Shown: positions 47,658-61,416 of the stretch, piece after piece
Layout: each line of letters begins with the position of its first letter
Numbering within the stretch: position 1 is the first letter of the stretch
Assembly (NCBI GenBank): GCA_964036045.1
Contig: OZ038378.1
Location: forward strand, 162,316,001 to 162,380,000
Source: Eutreptiella sp. 'Long Island Sound 2002'
Taxonomy: Eukaryota > Protista > Euglenida
Length of the DNA stretch: 64,000 nucleotides
Direction: 5' to 3'
Made by a program: the position numbers and the translations under genes
The notes under the pieces: model-generated
Told to the model about the DNA's origin: nothing
Seen by the model: the letters and a program-made list of their open reading frames with translations, nothing else
Database searches by the model: none

Positions 47658-49637
47658 GTAACACAGTCCCTACGCTGCAGCCCGGACCAGACTGCAGCTT
47701 GGACAAGTGGTGTGAGGGTACTTGTGCCCCACCATCCACGCCCCCCAAGTCTAGGGACCGGGCTACGTGTGCCCGGTCCAGTAGAGTGGGGGTGGTGGCG
47801 GGGGGCCGGGGGGGGGGGGGGGGGCGGCGACGGCAATGGCTGTGTGCTCTGGCAGGGGACCGGCAGACGCGCGCGCGACGGTGGTGCAGGGTCCAGCACC
47901 TCCGACGGGCACTGCACGGTCAGAGGGCGCATGCGACACGCCTCAGCACCCCCACCGCCCCCCTTTTTGTACACGCAACTGTGGCCAAATGTCACCTCCT
48001 CCGCCCGTGGCTTTGGGCGTATGACGCACTCCACACGGATGACCTCCAGCCCCACGGGCCCAGGCCTGGGAGGTGCGCCGGGGTCCCCGACGAAAGGGCG
48101 TGCAGGCCGCCCCCGCCGGAGCCGAGCAGGGGGGTCGACCGCAAAGGGGCCGGGGGCCTGCGGTTCCTCCCAAACGGACACAACCCCTTGTCCGCTCACG
48201 ATTCGCGCCCCTGCGCCGGACAACAGCCCCGCAGACACGCCAAAGAAAAGTCGCACGGCTCACCCCCAGACGAGGCCCAGTGCGAATCCCGTGAACGGAA
48301 ACGCAGGGTCCGAGGCACTCGGATGTCGAGGACCCCGCAGGCCGGGGGGCCGCTGCGAGGGGTAAAGGGCAAGTAAGGCAACTTGACGCTGGCGTCCGGA
48401 GATCGCCCGGACAACCTCCACCTCCACCTCCACCGCACATCCGCCATCACATCACCTCACATCACATCACATCCCCGTGCACATCCCCAAGTGGCGCAGC
48501 AGCAGCGCAAACAGCAGCGCAACTTGCACGACCGCCTTCGCCAGGGAACGGACGGGGATGGGGGCCTCTGGGGACTTTGTTGCGGCGATTCGGTCATGCG
48601 CATTGGACTTAAGGCGCATTGTCCGTCGCGGAGGTTTCTGTGGGGCTGCCGGCAGAGTTTTCCTCATGGGGGGTGGGTGGGTGGGCGGGTGGGGGGGTCC
48701 AAGGGGGGTGGATGGGCGGGGCTATTAGGGGGAGCCCCCCTCAGGAGACCCTGAGTTGTTAGAGGCACCGAAGGCGCCGAAGAAATTTTTTGGCCTAAAC
48801 TGACTTGTGCCGAAGGCGCCAGAGAAAATTTTTGATTGGCCGAAGACCCGGAGAAAAATTTGCCCAATCACTTAAGAGGGGGGGAGGGGTCCGGGGGGGG
48901 GGGGGGTGTCAGACCCCCCCCCCTGCGGAGATGCTGAGATGTTAAGCAAAACTCTGGGGCGGGGGGGCGGGGGGAGGCGGCACGAATTCAAGGAATGCAA
49001 TGCGGAGGTTGGGGGCGAAGACCCCCGACGGTCCAAAACTCCGCGGCCTCGGCCACGGGAGGGGACCGCAATGTCCCTTCGGGCACGCGGTATGGGCCCA
49101 CGCGCTGAAATGAGGGAATGGCCACGACACGAGAGCGACCGCCTAATGACCGGCGAGCACAGTCCCGCGGGGCGTTGTGTTAGGGCACGTGGGGTTAGGG
49201 GAGGGTCCAGGCCAGGCCTGTGCTCGAAGAAGAGGAGGGCGACACTGCGTCACACTGTTTGGGTGCGATGTCCGGCGGTTCAAAAACGGTTGGAGCGGTT
49301 AAGGGGAGGGGGCGGTTTGGCCCCGAGTGGAAGGGGGGGCCCATCAGCCCCCTTCAAGTACGGGTTGGGTCCAGACCCATGGAGCATGTGGGGGTCAGGC
49401 TCCAGGGTGCCGTGGGAATCAAGCCAGAAACGGGTCAGGACGGGAATGCCGGGGTCAGAGGGGGTTGAACGGTCGCAATCCGTGGCCGCGTCCGTGCCGC
49501 GTCACGTCATGCGTGATGATCCTTCGAGAATCCACTTGTGCCTGCGGAACGTGGCCAATGAAGCACGGTGCCCATCGGAATCACGCACGCGCGCATACCG
49601 CGTGGTAGCCCGGCAGAAAGGGACTGCCACGCGATGG

Positions 49638-49790
49638 CACTACCTCACTGCCTGCCCGAGCAAGCGACCAGAGGGGGCGGTTGCGTTGAGCGCCCCACCC
49701 CGAAACAGCGGTAACAAGTCTAAAACATGCGGAAACTACGCGCGTCCCACGAGCTGACGGAACACAACACAGGCACAGACGAGGCGAGGG
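49638..49790 (-). CDS. Probable exon completing a ZZ-like zinc finger (acceptor firm, donor uncertain)
   Basis: TTTTCTTCTGCAG|CCC acceptor at 49791/49790, phase 0. Continues CRICQ|PSPRLCLCC. Confidence 0.45.
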
Positions 49791-52252
49791 CTGCAGAAGA
49801 AAACCAGAGCCACTCTGAGTCAGATGCGCTCCGTACATGATCAACTCCATGACTACGGAACCCACAGGAAAGCATGGCGCTAACCCACAACAACATGTCC
49901 ACACCTGGGGGCCACCATGGCGGCAAGGCTGGACCCCAGCTCTTTGCTCTTCTCGGTATTGACCCGGATCGATTTGTGGGTTTTCTTCAGTTCACTGCTG
50001 TGCCACTGATGCCAGCATTTGGTGCACAGGTTGACCTGCACCCGAAAACACAGTTGCCGGTTATCATTTTGACGCGCACCGTAACAGCAGCCGTGACCCT
50101 ATACCCTATACCCCACCGACCAAGCAGACGCACAAAGCTGGAGCGTCCTCCCACGCGGACATACATGTGGGTGGGGCGGCCAGCACCGTCGACGTGCACA
50201 GAGGTGGTGCAATGTGCAATGTAGGGGGCTGGGGTCCTCAGAGCCTCCTGGCCAGAACCGGCGCCCCCGCCCCCCCACAAAAAAAAAGGCTCCATTGACG
50301 GGACTCCCACATCCGACTCAAAACAGATGCTTTTTCTGGAGGTGCAATGCCCTCCCAGGACACACGCTGAGGTGAAGCACCGTCCCTTCCATTCCCAAAA
50401 TAGTCCAACAAACAGGGTTTATACTCTGCGGCATCCACCATTGCTGAGCCCCAGGTAACCATGGTGGCTTGGGTGAGCACCTCAGACCCTCTTGAGGAGA
50501 CCCTCCATATCGTATTTCCTGGAAATGTTTAGGGTTAGGGTCACTGAGCTGGTGTAATTAGCAAGGACTTGCAACCCCTTGTAGGGCGCTAGGGTGGAGG
50601 AAGGAGTTCTAGTAAGCAAGCAAGCAAGCAGCGCCATGCACTTATAACAGAGCCACCAGCCCCTTACGCCACATTTGCGCGGGAGGGGAGGGAGGTGGAG
50701 GTTATGGGGATGACTTTGCACTGGGTGTGCACTGCGTGGGCACTGTGTTAACGCTGCATGCGCAGTGCACGCATATTTGATAAAACCCTCCAAAATAGCT
50801 CACCACCTCTGTGCACCAGGGCAATGTAGCAACACAATCAGATATAAGATTCTGCTGTCCCCAAATGTGCCAAGGGGTTCTCCACCCCTGCATGATGATC
50901 TCTTGATGGACATCTGGTGGTACATCCTTGAGATGCATTGTGGATGTTCCAGCCGTGAGGTTATTTCCCATCATCACACTCCAATGTTCACCTCCAAAGA
51001 ACACAAAGAGGTGAAAGGGGGTGAACATGGGGTGAAAGTGAGTGAAAAAAGGTTAAAATTGTGCAAAGCGCGTGGTGCGCACCCCCCAACGCGGCTGTAC
51101 AGCAACCATCTGTTACTTGTGTTGGCCGAGCACCTCGACAACCACCAAACACACCTTCTGTAAACCCCCTCAACACAAATTCTTATCGCATGGGTGCCAT
51201 CAATATAACAACATGTGGAAAACAAACCCCGGGTTTGGGTAGCCGTGCCCATAGAACACTCTACGCTGCAAAGTCATCCCCTGTGGGTCATGACCATTCC
51301 CTGACCCCCCCCTTCCTGGGTGTAGCTCTTGGGAGGTAGCTGTGTCAAACAGGGAAAGTCCTGCGTAGCTCACCTGAATTGGGCTTTAACCCCCCTCCCC
51401 AACCCCCGTTTTCAAGGGGCTCCATTGATGGCTGCATGCCCTTCTTTGCAATCGTGCGGAGCGATGCAGCATTGGGCATATTGGCTCACTTGCATGCGGA
51501 TGCCTGTCAGATTCCTACAATCAGGGCGTAAAATTTCCCTGCAATCCCGTGGGCCTCTTTCGCTCGCGGGTTTTAGATTGCAGGCCCGGCATAGAGCCCT
51601 GTGACCGGACTGTTTTAGTTCTCGCGTTCTATTAGACCGGCCAGGCCAATTCGCAAGATCAATATCGGAGCTTAAAGTACCGAGCAACGAAAATACATTT
51701 GGCCATTTCCGGCCCAAACCACAAAGAATCTAACTTGGGCGAGGTGCCCAATTTGCGGGCAGTGGATCCCCCTCATCATCATCACATCGGTTTAAGTGCT
51801 TGGTTTTCAGCACGCCGAGAAAGAAATGACCACCCAAGTTTGGATTCCACTGGTGATCTGATGTGTATCAGCTGAAGTAGACTAGGACGGCTGAAACCAC
51901 TGCAACGAAGCATAGAACTCTGGCCGGAGGCCTTCAGTGTGTTTACAGGGTGACTGGTCTGCACTGGCTGAACGACCGCTACATGGTTTCCAAAATGCTT
52001 CATCCAATGTCTTCATAGACCGTGACCCTTGAGCCCAACCGTGCTCATGCGACATCCTGCGAATCACTCGCAATTGGGTGACTCCTGTACCGGCACCACT
52101 GTGTACCTGTACTCCATCCTGGCAGGAATACGGAAGCGGGGAATTGCGTAGAATCGGGCAGTTTGCAGAAACAGACGACCGCCAGTTGGGATGCTCGGAG
52201 GAAAAGAACCCACGCACGCCATTGCAATCCTCACGCCCCAACCCGAATATAC

Positions 52253-52377
52253 CTGACAGATCCTGCAGTTCCATAGCCAGAGCGGGCTCATCCCGCAGGT
52301 TCCACAGACAGACGACTGCGAGTCACTGCGGGAGCGGCGCCGCAAACTCGTGGTGCGTTTGACACTGAGAGCGGTCC
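52253..52377 (-). CDS. Exon (125 nt) of large host gene, first half of a Cys-rich ZZ-like finger
   Basis: GATGCAG acceptor and CAG|GTATAT donor. Phase 1 matches the preceding exon. Encodes GTALSVKRTTSLRRRSRSDSQSSVCGTCGMSPLWLWNCRICQ. Confidence 0.65.
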
Positions 52378-54355
52378 CTGCATCAGAAGAATTCGCAACA
52401 TACACTAAGAATTCTGTATTTGTGCTGTTGGAACGGAACTTAGCTGCCTCCCAATGGAATCAGCCGTTTGCTGGAGCAGCTGCATCCAGCCCCCATGTAG
52501 CCCAATAGAAGCACTATTTCATTATACCATCTGTCATCATGGAGGAGAGGCATGGGGCTGTAGCGGGGTTCAAGGCATGCTTGTGCCTACTGAGAGGTAC
52601 ACCAACTGATCCCGGGGTTTTTGGTGTGATGCAAACAAAAGAAGTCTGAAGCCTACAGTTACAACACATGGGCTGCACTGCATTTCTAGGCAAGTGCCAA
52701 TGTGCACATGGGCGAGATTGCTCAATGCTCATCTAACGCCGGAGCACCAAAAAGAAAAATGTGGAGAGCACTATAGTTCTCAATGTGTTGTCACGCTTTA
52801 TATTTTTGACAATTCAAAATGACTCCTCTTGAGGCTTCCAAATGAGTTGTTGCCTTGAATGCGAGCCTTACCAAACACACAGATTTGCGCCTCTCAATGG
52901 TCTTGGGAGACCCGTCGAGGGGATAGGGGTGCGACACGTTGCATGACCGGTACGCACGGTGTAGGACTCCTGCGGCTTCCTTCGCGCCGCAGGGAAAGGG
53001 TAATTAGCTTTAGTGTACACTGCCCAAGAAATTTACAATGGACTAATAGAGTTCCGTGCATCGTATGGGGGGACCTCTTGGGGACTGTAGGTCACATCCT
53101 CATGTAGTGGCTGATGCGGAATTGGTCGGAGGATCTGCGAGGGACGGTACTAAACCGCGGGCAACTTGGAGGATCTGTAGTACCGGATGCCGCTACCACC
53201 GCCTCAAAAGCGGCTTTCTCTGCGGGAGCGTGGGTAGTTGTAGATGGGCCTTCCATCACCCTAACTCAAGGGGCCACACCTCAGCGTGGGAGTCCATCAC
53301 CCCAACTTGAGGGGCCTCCAACGTGCAGAAGAAGATTGTGAACCGGTTGTCCTCAATAGCAGCGGAAGGCTAACGAATCCATGGGAGGCAGTTGGGAGGA
53401 ATACAAGTGCACCATTTGTGAAAAAGAGAGGCCCCAAAAGGAAAATGTTGCAATAAAATAGGAGAAAAAGTTATGTTCGGGAGGTAGACGGTGTGTAGAA
53501 AATGTGTGTATGTATGAGGCACTATTCCGCCTGTATTCTGGGATCATTACCGAGGGCGTGCCACAGGGGATGTGTTCCTCTTGCGTTCACACCTGAGACT
53601 ATAGCAGGACATGTACTGCTGCGCACTGCAAGCATTTCCCTTTGTGACTGCTACGTACCCCTGGGCTGCGTGTACTGCTCATGCCACTCATGAGCCCAGA
53701 AGCCAAGTGCTCGCTGAGGATTCGTGTATCGTTTGGTGAGTTGTAGAGGGTTTCAGACAAAATGCCGCCACATACTACCGGGTGTCTTGGTGTGGCAGCC
53801 AAGTCCTGTGAACTGATGCAAACTTCTACTGCTACGAACAAATACGGCACAAAGTTGCCCCCCCCCATACCCCGGAGGTACGGGGGGGGGGAGGGGGGGA
53901 GGGGGCACGGAGGGTGGGCATGGGCATGGCGGCTTGTAGTTTGTAGACGCAGTCTGCCCCAAGTGGACACGGTCTGCAAATTGTAGACACTGCCTGCATG
54001 TTGTAGTCGCTAAGTGCCAATATTCCCCCCAAAACAGGATGCTACGGCGTTTACCCGTGCACATGGAAACAAATTCTGAAAGTGAGGAAGCCTTGAAGGG
54101 GCGACGAAGGCGCCTCTGGACCCTTGGTGGGGGGTGGGGGTAACAGGGGGGGGAGGGGGTATGGGGTTGGGTCCGGGGGGCAGTGGGGGACTTCGTGCCG
54201 ACTAGTGCCACGAGCGGATGCAACTGCGTGAGGTACGGCGTGCAATGATGCCCCAGAAGCCCCCCCCCCCCTGCTCCTCAGCATCACACGCCGGAAAACT
54301 CGCGCATACAAACCACAAACCAGAGCAACACCAACCGACAGAGCAACGGTCACAC

Positions 54356-54474
54356 CCGCAGGCTCTGCCGAGTCACTGCCACTGCGTTTCGGGAACTTTG
54401 ATAAAACTCGTCTCACTGCGTGCGACCGAGATCGCCTTCGTTCGTTTGCTGGTGGACTCGGGTGTTCCATGGAC
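54356..54474 (-). CDS. Exon (119 nt) of the same host gene
   Basis: TGTGCAG acceptor and G|GTGTGA donor. Phase 2 in and phase 1 out match both neighbours. Encodes SMEHPSPPANERRRSRSHAVRRVLSKFPKRSGSDSAEPA. Confidence 0.6.
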
Positions 54475-56573
54475 CTGCACAGTGACAGGGCGCATGGCAA
54501 ATCCGTCTTTGTGCGAACACATCCCCCACACAGCCCCGCTGCTGCAACGCATCCCCCACACAGCCGTGCCGGTGCAACAATGCATCAGTTAATTCAGATT
54601 TCAATTAAACAATCAATCAATCAATCTAAATCTAAATCTAAAGATATATTTAATAATTCATGCATGAAAATACCTCTCAATCGATACATTTCAAGTCCTC
54701 CGAGCACAACATGCGGCTGGGCGGCTGCGTGGGTGAGGGTTTGGGTGGGTGGGCGGGCGCGTGGGTGGGCAGGGCAATGGTGTGGGGAGGTGGGGCAAGC
54801 CGCAACCCCCACCCCCACCCCGCGCACGTGCACCCCTTCCAACGCAGCAAAACTACCGCCGTGCGCTGCTCCCACTGACCCTTCTGTTTGGGGTTTCTTT
54901 TGAGAGCCACGCCCGGGAGGTCAGCACGGAGGCCAGTACTCACGGGAGGGCGACTACAACCGGTCCTGATGCGACCCCCCCCCCCCTGTGTGACATTCCG
55001 TCTGGTTGTTGTTCCTTTACGGGGCCCTGGACGGTCACCCATTCTTCCCTTCGCATGTTGCGTCGGGTTGCTGCTTTCTGTTGGCCGCTGCGGCCGGTGC
55101 TCCTGCTGGTGTTGTTCCCGCGTCTGCGGAGCCCAGTAGTTGGTGTGTTGGGGCTGTGCTGAATGTGGCATGGTGTGCCGTTTGCGCGTCAGCGGCGCCC
55201 AATAGTTGGCGTATTGAGGATGTGCTGGTTGTTGCCGGGGTCGTTTGACTGTTTTTGCTGTCCACGCGCCTCTGTCCACAGGCCGTCTATAGCCTGCCTC
55301 GCTGTGTTTCTGTGTGCGTGAGGCCCAGGTGCCCTGTTCCTCCATGCGTTGTCCCGGCCATCCACCATATGTCCTTTTCCCCCTCACGGCTGGTCTGCCC
55401 CTGATGGGCTCCCGCTCCTGCTGCGCAAACAACCCACCTGGGCTGCGGGAGACAGCCCCCACCTGATGCCGGTTGAGCAGGGGTTGCCTTGGCACCCGGT
55501 AGCGACGGGGCTGGCTGGCCAGGCCATCCCCTTTGTTCTCGCTGCCTCCCATGCGCATGCTCTCCCATCCCCTCCATTTTGGTTCCCTGTTCCCGCTGTT
55601 CTGGTTGCCTCTCCCGCCCGCCCGCTATCTGTCAAAACTTGGCGGGGGGGGGGGGGGTTGGCGAGAGGGTGGGGGGGGCTTCCTGAACACCATGCAATCC
55701 CCTCGCTTCAGCAACTTCTCAAGGTCAAGTGTTGCCATGGTGTGTCACTGGGCTATACAAAGAGAGCAGAGCAAGGACCAAAGGCATAGTACCCCCTTCA
55801 ACTAAGCATGAAAAACAAATTCGGCGCCGTTGGTACCATGGCCCCTGCACCACTATCTCTCAAAACTCGAAGGGAGGGGGGCTGGGGGGGGGGGTTGCAT
55901 ACAAGGACCCCCCCCCCCCCGTGCCAGTACTGCAGGCCGGGCACCTCTTGCGACACCGGGGGCGAGTGCCTCTGGGGACGAAGCTCCCGCCCGCACACGA
56001 TCCCGGGCAACTACTGCCCCCCAACGGGCCAAGGGTCTGTCGCCGCAGGGCACATCCACGCGGCTGTGCCCCGATCTCAAGCGCTCGTTGACCCCGGAAG
56101 ATGAACACCGAAATGGGCATTGCCACGCCACGGACGGGCCCACACCCGAGGACGGGATGCCTGGGATGCCACCCTTCCACTCCAGGGGGGGATGCGTCCT
56201 GAGGGACATGGGGCGCGACGCGTGGCCACGCGAGGGCGGGGCGCGCACGCACGCACAGGGGTCGTGTACTGACGATGGGAGTTGGGCAGAAATGATGGCT
56301 CAAGGCATCCCAACCAACCAACAACCGCCGACTGCAATCCTGTCGCACCCAAGAGCCCGGCACCCAGCGAAACATTGGAAGGGAAGGAGGTACCCCCCTC
56401 CGCCCCCTCCAGGGCACCCAGCCTATGCTCAGCCACTGTCCCCCTGATGCCAAGCATTTGTAACCGGCAGTAACTGACCTCAACCGCTTTGGCAACCTCC
56501 TCCAACCGTCTGCCTAACCGCCTCTGGGGCTGCCTCCGAGGTCCCTTCCGTTCAACTGCAGCCCTGCCGGCAC

Positions 56574-57184
56574 CTGCTGTCGTGCTGCGGGATCACGAGA
56601 GTCCCGTTGAGGGCTCGGAAATGGTTGGGAGGCTGCGGGAGGGACGGCAGGCCGAGGGCGTTGAGGTCGGCGCTTCTCCTCCGGCGCAGGCTGGGGATGA
56701 CCACCGTGCCATTGAGCTGGGGCTGCACTTTGGGGATGACGATGGTCCCGTTGAGGCCGTCGTGCGGCTGGGCCCGCAGCGCCGGGCTGCCGCTGGGCTC
56801 GAAGTGCGGCCTCGGGGGCGGGTGGCTGCTGGGGGCTCGGCTCTTGGCGGGTTTCTGGGGGATGACCAGACTTTTCCCGGGGTCTTGGGGCGACATGAAC
56901 TTGGCCGCCTTTTGGGGAATCACGATGCTTTGGGCCGGGTCTTGGGTGGGGACCGTCAATTTGGCGGCTTTTCGGGGGATGACAACGCTTCGGGAGGGGT
57001 CTTGGGCAGCGGCCGCGGTTTTGGTTGGCTTATGAGGGATCCGGACACTCTGGGCCGGATCGCCGGGGGTGAGCATCTCCGTGGCGGCCGGGGGTGGGGC
57101 CTTGGGTATTTGCATCTTCGGCTGGGCAGCAGAAGTACTGGTGCCCATGACGTTCACAGGGGGCGGGGATGGCAAGGATCGCAC
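56574..57184 (-). CDS. Exon (611 nt) encoding a Pro-rich disordered region with repeated DPxxSxVIPxK and LNGTxVIP motifs
   Basis: CTCTGCAG acceptor and AG|GTGCCG donor; amino-acid-level repeats with synonymous divergence. Confidence 0.7.
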
Positions 57185-59203
57185 CTGCAGAGCATAGCAG
57201 AACACCGTCGCGGCACAACCGTAAGCCTCAGGGGGGACTCGGCGCTGATCCAGCGGGCAGTTGCAAAACCCATACGAAGCGCAGGCAAAGTATTCTTTTC
57301 CCCTGTCATCCGCCCTACGGCACCCGGTACCTAGCGTCGCTGTTGAGACGTTCCAGCGCAGAGCAACATGGCCGCATGGCTTCTGACAATCCGTGTGCAC
57401 ACTTGGGCTGATTTGGGGTTTATCGTTACAGGGGTGGGGGTGGGGGAGATTTCGCCTGCAGACAGTTTCGCCGGGGGAAAATTTCGCCACCCTTGCAATC
57501 CCCAAAGCTCCAAGTGCCATACGCCCAAATGACTGCAACAAAACAACAAGACATGCACCAGACAGAGAGTCCAGAAATGCAACACATTGCCACAACATGA
57601 TCCCAGAATTGTCTTTTCCAAGAGGAGCTGAGCTACAAACGCGCCTGAGCCAACCGTTTCTTGCGCAGCTTCATATTCGTTCATAATCGCGCCTGGCCCT
57701 TCTTAGGAAACACAATGCCTGCAGCTGTGGCGAAGGATGGAACTGTTCCGCTGAAATTTCGCCAGGGGAAAAATTTCGCCACCTTTCTTAACGGCGCAAT
57801 TTTTCCCCGTGAAATTCTCCCCTTGCACAATTCCCCCTCCACCGTGTAGGTGCAATCCAAAAGCAAAAATGCCGCAAACGATTGTTCACACTGTCTCTCA
57901 CTTGTCAATGCGAGTGTCACCGAGTGGGGCCATTCTCCGTAGTCTTGTGTATGTGTGGGTGCCGGGAGGGTCGGTTGGGAGAGAGGAAGCTCCAGAGCCA
58001 GTGATGCATTGCAGATGACAAAGAAACGGACATATTCTCGCTGGTTGCCTTACCTGACCGAGTGAATCAATTATCAAAGGAAGCGTTAAGCCACACCCTC
58101 CAGCAAAGCAATCTGAGTTGAAGAGCACGGGTTCACACAAAACATACCGAACATCGAACGTCCTTGGTAACATAAAATTCGGCTACATGACCATGAGAAA
58201 AAATCCTGCATCACAAAGAAGTGTGGAACTCAAATGAAAAGCACACGCTCACAGCTCTTGTTTTGTGAACACAAAAGCAAAGGAGCCCTATTCCATGCCT
58301 GTAAAAGTTCACTTGTATAAGCAATGCTGGGCAGTGCAATAGGGGAGTATCGGCGCCGGGCATGCGCCGCGCGCTACTTTTACGTCAGGTTGCCGGGAAT
58401 GGGTTGGCTTTTACCCCCTTACAAAATGCCCTTTCAGGAGAGCTAACCCTTGGGTACAAGAACTGTGTACACATCCGTCTTGCCCTATCCGTTGCCCCCT
58501 GAGCTGAAAATACACAAGATGGCCCCTTGGGAGCAATCACCACGCAAGCCCTAGTTGGGGGTCTCCTTGCTGGATTGTCAACTTTTCCTACCCTAGTCCA
58601 AATTGGCCCCTACAACCACCAATCGCCGTTCAACAGATACAAATCAATGGTGTGCGTGATTTGAACAGGGGTTTGCAATGCCCACACCCCTTGCAAACGG
58701 AACCCAATTCCCTATTGTTTGCGCTGGATACTTTGTATTGTCCAAGGTACTCTGTATGTCCCGAGGAAAAACAATCATTTCATGAAAGTAATGTTTTCCC
58801 CGGATCCAGTGAAACTGGGCTTTAGAAGTTCCCACAAACAATTTTAATGCCAGTTACAACACGTAATGCACGGGGTAATGCACGGGGCCATTCGGAGATA
58901 ACAAGGTGGGTCCCGGAGGGCCAGTAGCACCTTTGCTACATGCCCTGGCACCAAGGGGGTCGACGGCCACTTCGCAGCACATGCTCGGCCTCCTAGCGGC
59001 TGGCAGCCAATTCATGGCACGCCCCCAGCCACCCACCGGTCAGAGTCCACCTTGCGGCACGCGCTGGCCTTGGGGCCTCACAACTACTCTAGGTGGACTG
59101 CCAGCCGCTTTTGCGTCACACACCCAGCCACCTGGAAGCTAGAAGCCCCTTTGCGGTACACACACGGCCTTGGGTGGGATGGCACCCAGTTTGCAGCAGG
59201 CGT

Positions 59204-59822
59204 GTGCCGCAAATTAGTCGCCAGCCGCCTGTGGCCAGGCATGTGCCAGAAAGTGGCTGCCAGCCCCCAGCCCCCTAGGGCATGCCGCAAATTGGCTGCC
59301 AAGCGCCGCGTGGCCGGGGGCGTGCCGCAAAACGGCTCAATGCCGCCAAGTGGCTGGGCAGGTGCCGCAATATGACTGCTAGCCTCTGGCTGGCTGGGCG
59401 TGTGTTGCAAAGTGGGAGCCAACCCCCTAGGGCCAGGGCATGATGCCAAGTGGAGGCCAGCCCCCCCATGTGGCCAGGCCGTGTTGCCATTGCGGTGGTG
59501 GCCGGGGGTATGCCGTAAAGTGGCTATCCGCCGCCAAGTGGCTGCGGGCAGAAAGCAAAATGGCGGCGAGCTGCTATGTGGCGATGTGTGTGCCACAAAG
59601 TGGCTGTCATCCCCAATGGGGCCGGGGAGTGCCGCAAAGTGGCTGCCAACCGCTGGGTGGCATGGGCGTGCCACAAAGTGGCCGCTAGCCCCCCCCCCCC
59701 CCCCTCCCGGGCTGGGCGTGCCGCAAAGCGGCTACCAGCCACCGGGTGACCGCGTGCATGCCACAAAGTGGCTGCCAGCCAAAGGCTGGCCGGGCGTGTG
59801 CCTCAAAGTGGCTGCTAGCCCC
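59204..59822 (+). repeat. Degenerate array of roughly a dozen copies of TGCCGCAAAGTGGCTGCCAGCC separated by variable GC-rich spacers
   Basis: Direct inspection; copies differ by several substitutions. Confidence 0.75.
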
Positions 59823-61314
59823 CCTCCCATCCGTCCCACTATGGATGGGGTTTCATGGGGTTGTCTGTATTTTGCCTGTTCAAGTGTGCCTTCCCTTTTT
59901 GTTGCCACCTGTGAAATAGGTGCTTGACTGTCCCCTTGGTGTCCGTGTAGTGCATCTTGCGGGCTTGTAGTACACTATCCATGTGTTGTGCATTGTCTTG
60001 CATTGCTCTGAGGGTAAACTGCATAAATCTATGTGCCCCCATCGGAGTGTATGACCCTGGCGCACATAGCATGGTCCACCTCGGGTCGATTAGCCAAGTG
60101 AGCCATGTCATTTGTTGTGTGCCCCTTACCGGCATTTCTCACTGCATCACCAGTAACAATTTGAGTTTCATTGTGCTAAAATAGGTTTTTTTCATTGCGG
60201 TCCACCGTCTGAGAGAATGTGTTTTTTTTTGGTTTGCAGTACATAGATTCCGTCAGCTGCAAAATGAGTTCTCAGATTCAGGCATCTGTCACATTACGGT
60301 GCAAGACCAGAGGAGGAAGAGACGTGCTCTGCGCACCCTAAGATCCCTACCACTGCTTGAGGCATGCCCCAGGCTGTGGGATGCTGGACCTGGCCCATTC
60401 TGGCCGCACCATCTGTGCTGTATGGCAGTCAAGGAGTGTGGGGCCTCCCCGGTGTGCCACACACCGGGGCTGCCCCCATGCCTTAGTAGTAGTGGGGCAG
60501 CGTAGCAGCATGTTGTGGTGGTGGAGGCGGCATGGCCCTGGCCCGGTCTGTTGGGCAGGAAACTGGTCTTCTTGATCCTGACGGCACTGTTCCTGAGCAG
60601 CACCGTCGTGCAGCCACACCAATACGCGGCCCTGGCGGGCGGGTACCAAGAGCACCTGACCCGAGAAGATGGACGAAGCCGGCGCAGCACCAGCGAAGTA
60701 TTGGAACAGGGGAAAGGGGGGGGAGGGGTCTGGGACCCAACAGTTTGTGTACCAAAAATGGCCTGATCAGATTTTCCCGCGTAGCCTGCTCACTTTAAAG
60801 TACTCGAGACAACCTCTCGGGATCAAGGTTCAGAGCTGTCCAGGTGCTATGATGATCCCATAGTGGCCATGGTAGCGGATCTGACACACAGTGAGGATTA
60901 GCTGAGTCTGAAACCAGGGTATGCGGTGGGAGACTGCCACGCCCGTAGGCTTCCAAGTGTGCAGGAGGCACAATGACTGTAGGCTGAAAAAGACAGCGGT
61001 GTGAAGATTGAAGGCTGATTGAAGGCTTTCCCCATTGTATTCCCCCACGATGGTCACTTTGGTCTGGGGGGGGGGGAGGGTGGTCCAGGGAGGGGTACCC
61101 CCCCTCCTCCTACGGCGTACGGCTGTTGTAATACTTCCATGCGCACCACCATGCGTATGCTGTACAGCACAAGGTACACCATACATGGTGGGCTGAGCGG
61201 AAGGCTCCCCTAGCCTCCCCACTGTGGGCCCCAAGCACCGGGCACATGCGTATCCCTCCTCCCCCCACGCGCGCGCACCAGCGTCTCCCGCACACCAGCG
61301 CTACAGTGCGGTAC

Positions 61315-61416
61315 CTGGGGGCTGTCCCAGTCCGCTTGGCCTTGGAACGGGACAGCCAAGATTTGGGACCAATGCCTCGCAGGGACGGACACGCAGGCCC
61401 GCAATGCAATCCCCGC
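61315..61416 (-). CDS. Possible upstream exon (102 nt, frame unresolved)
   Basis: ACACAG acceptor, CAG|GTACCG donor, open in more than one frame. Confidence 0.3.

Noticed and set aside
59204-59822. CRISPR array
   Set aside because: Repeats are degenerate, spacers are mutually similar and variable in length, no cas genes are present, and the context is eukaryotic.
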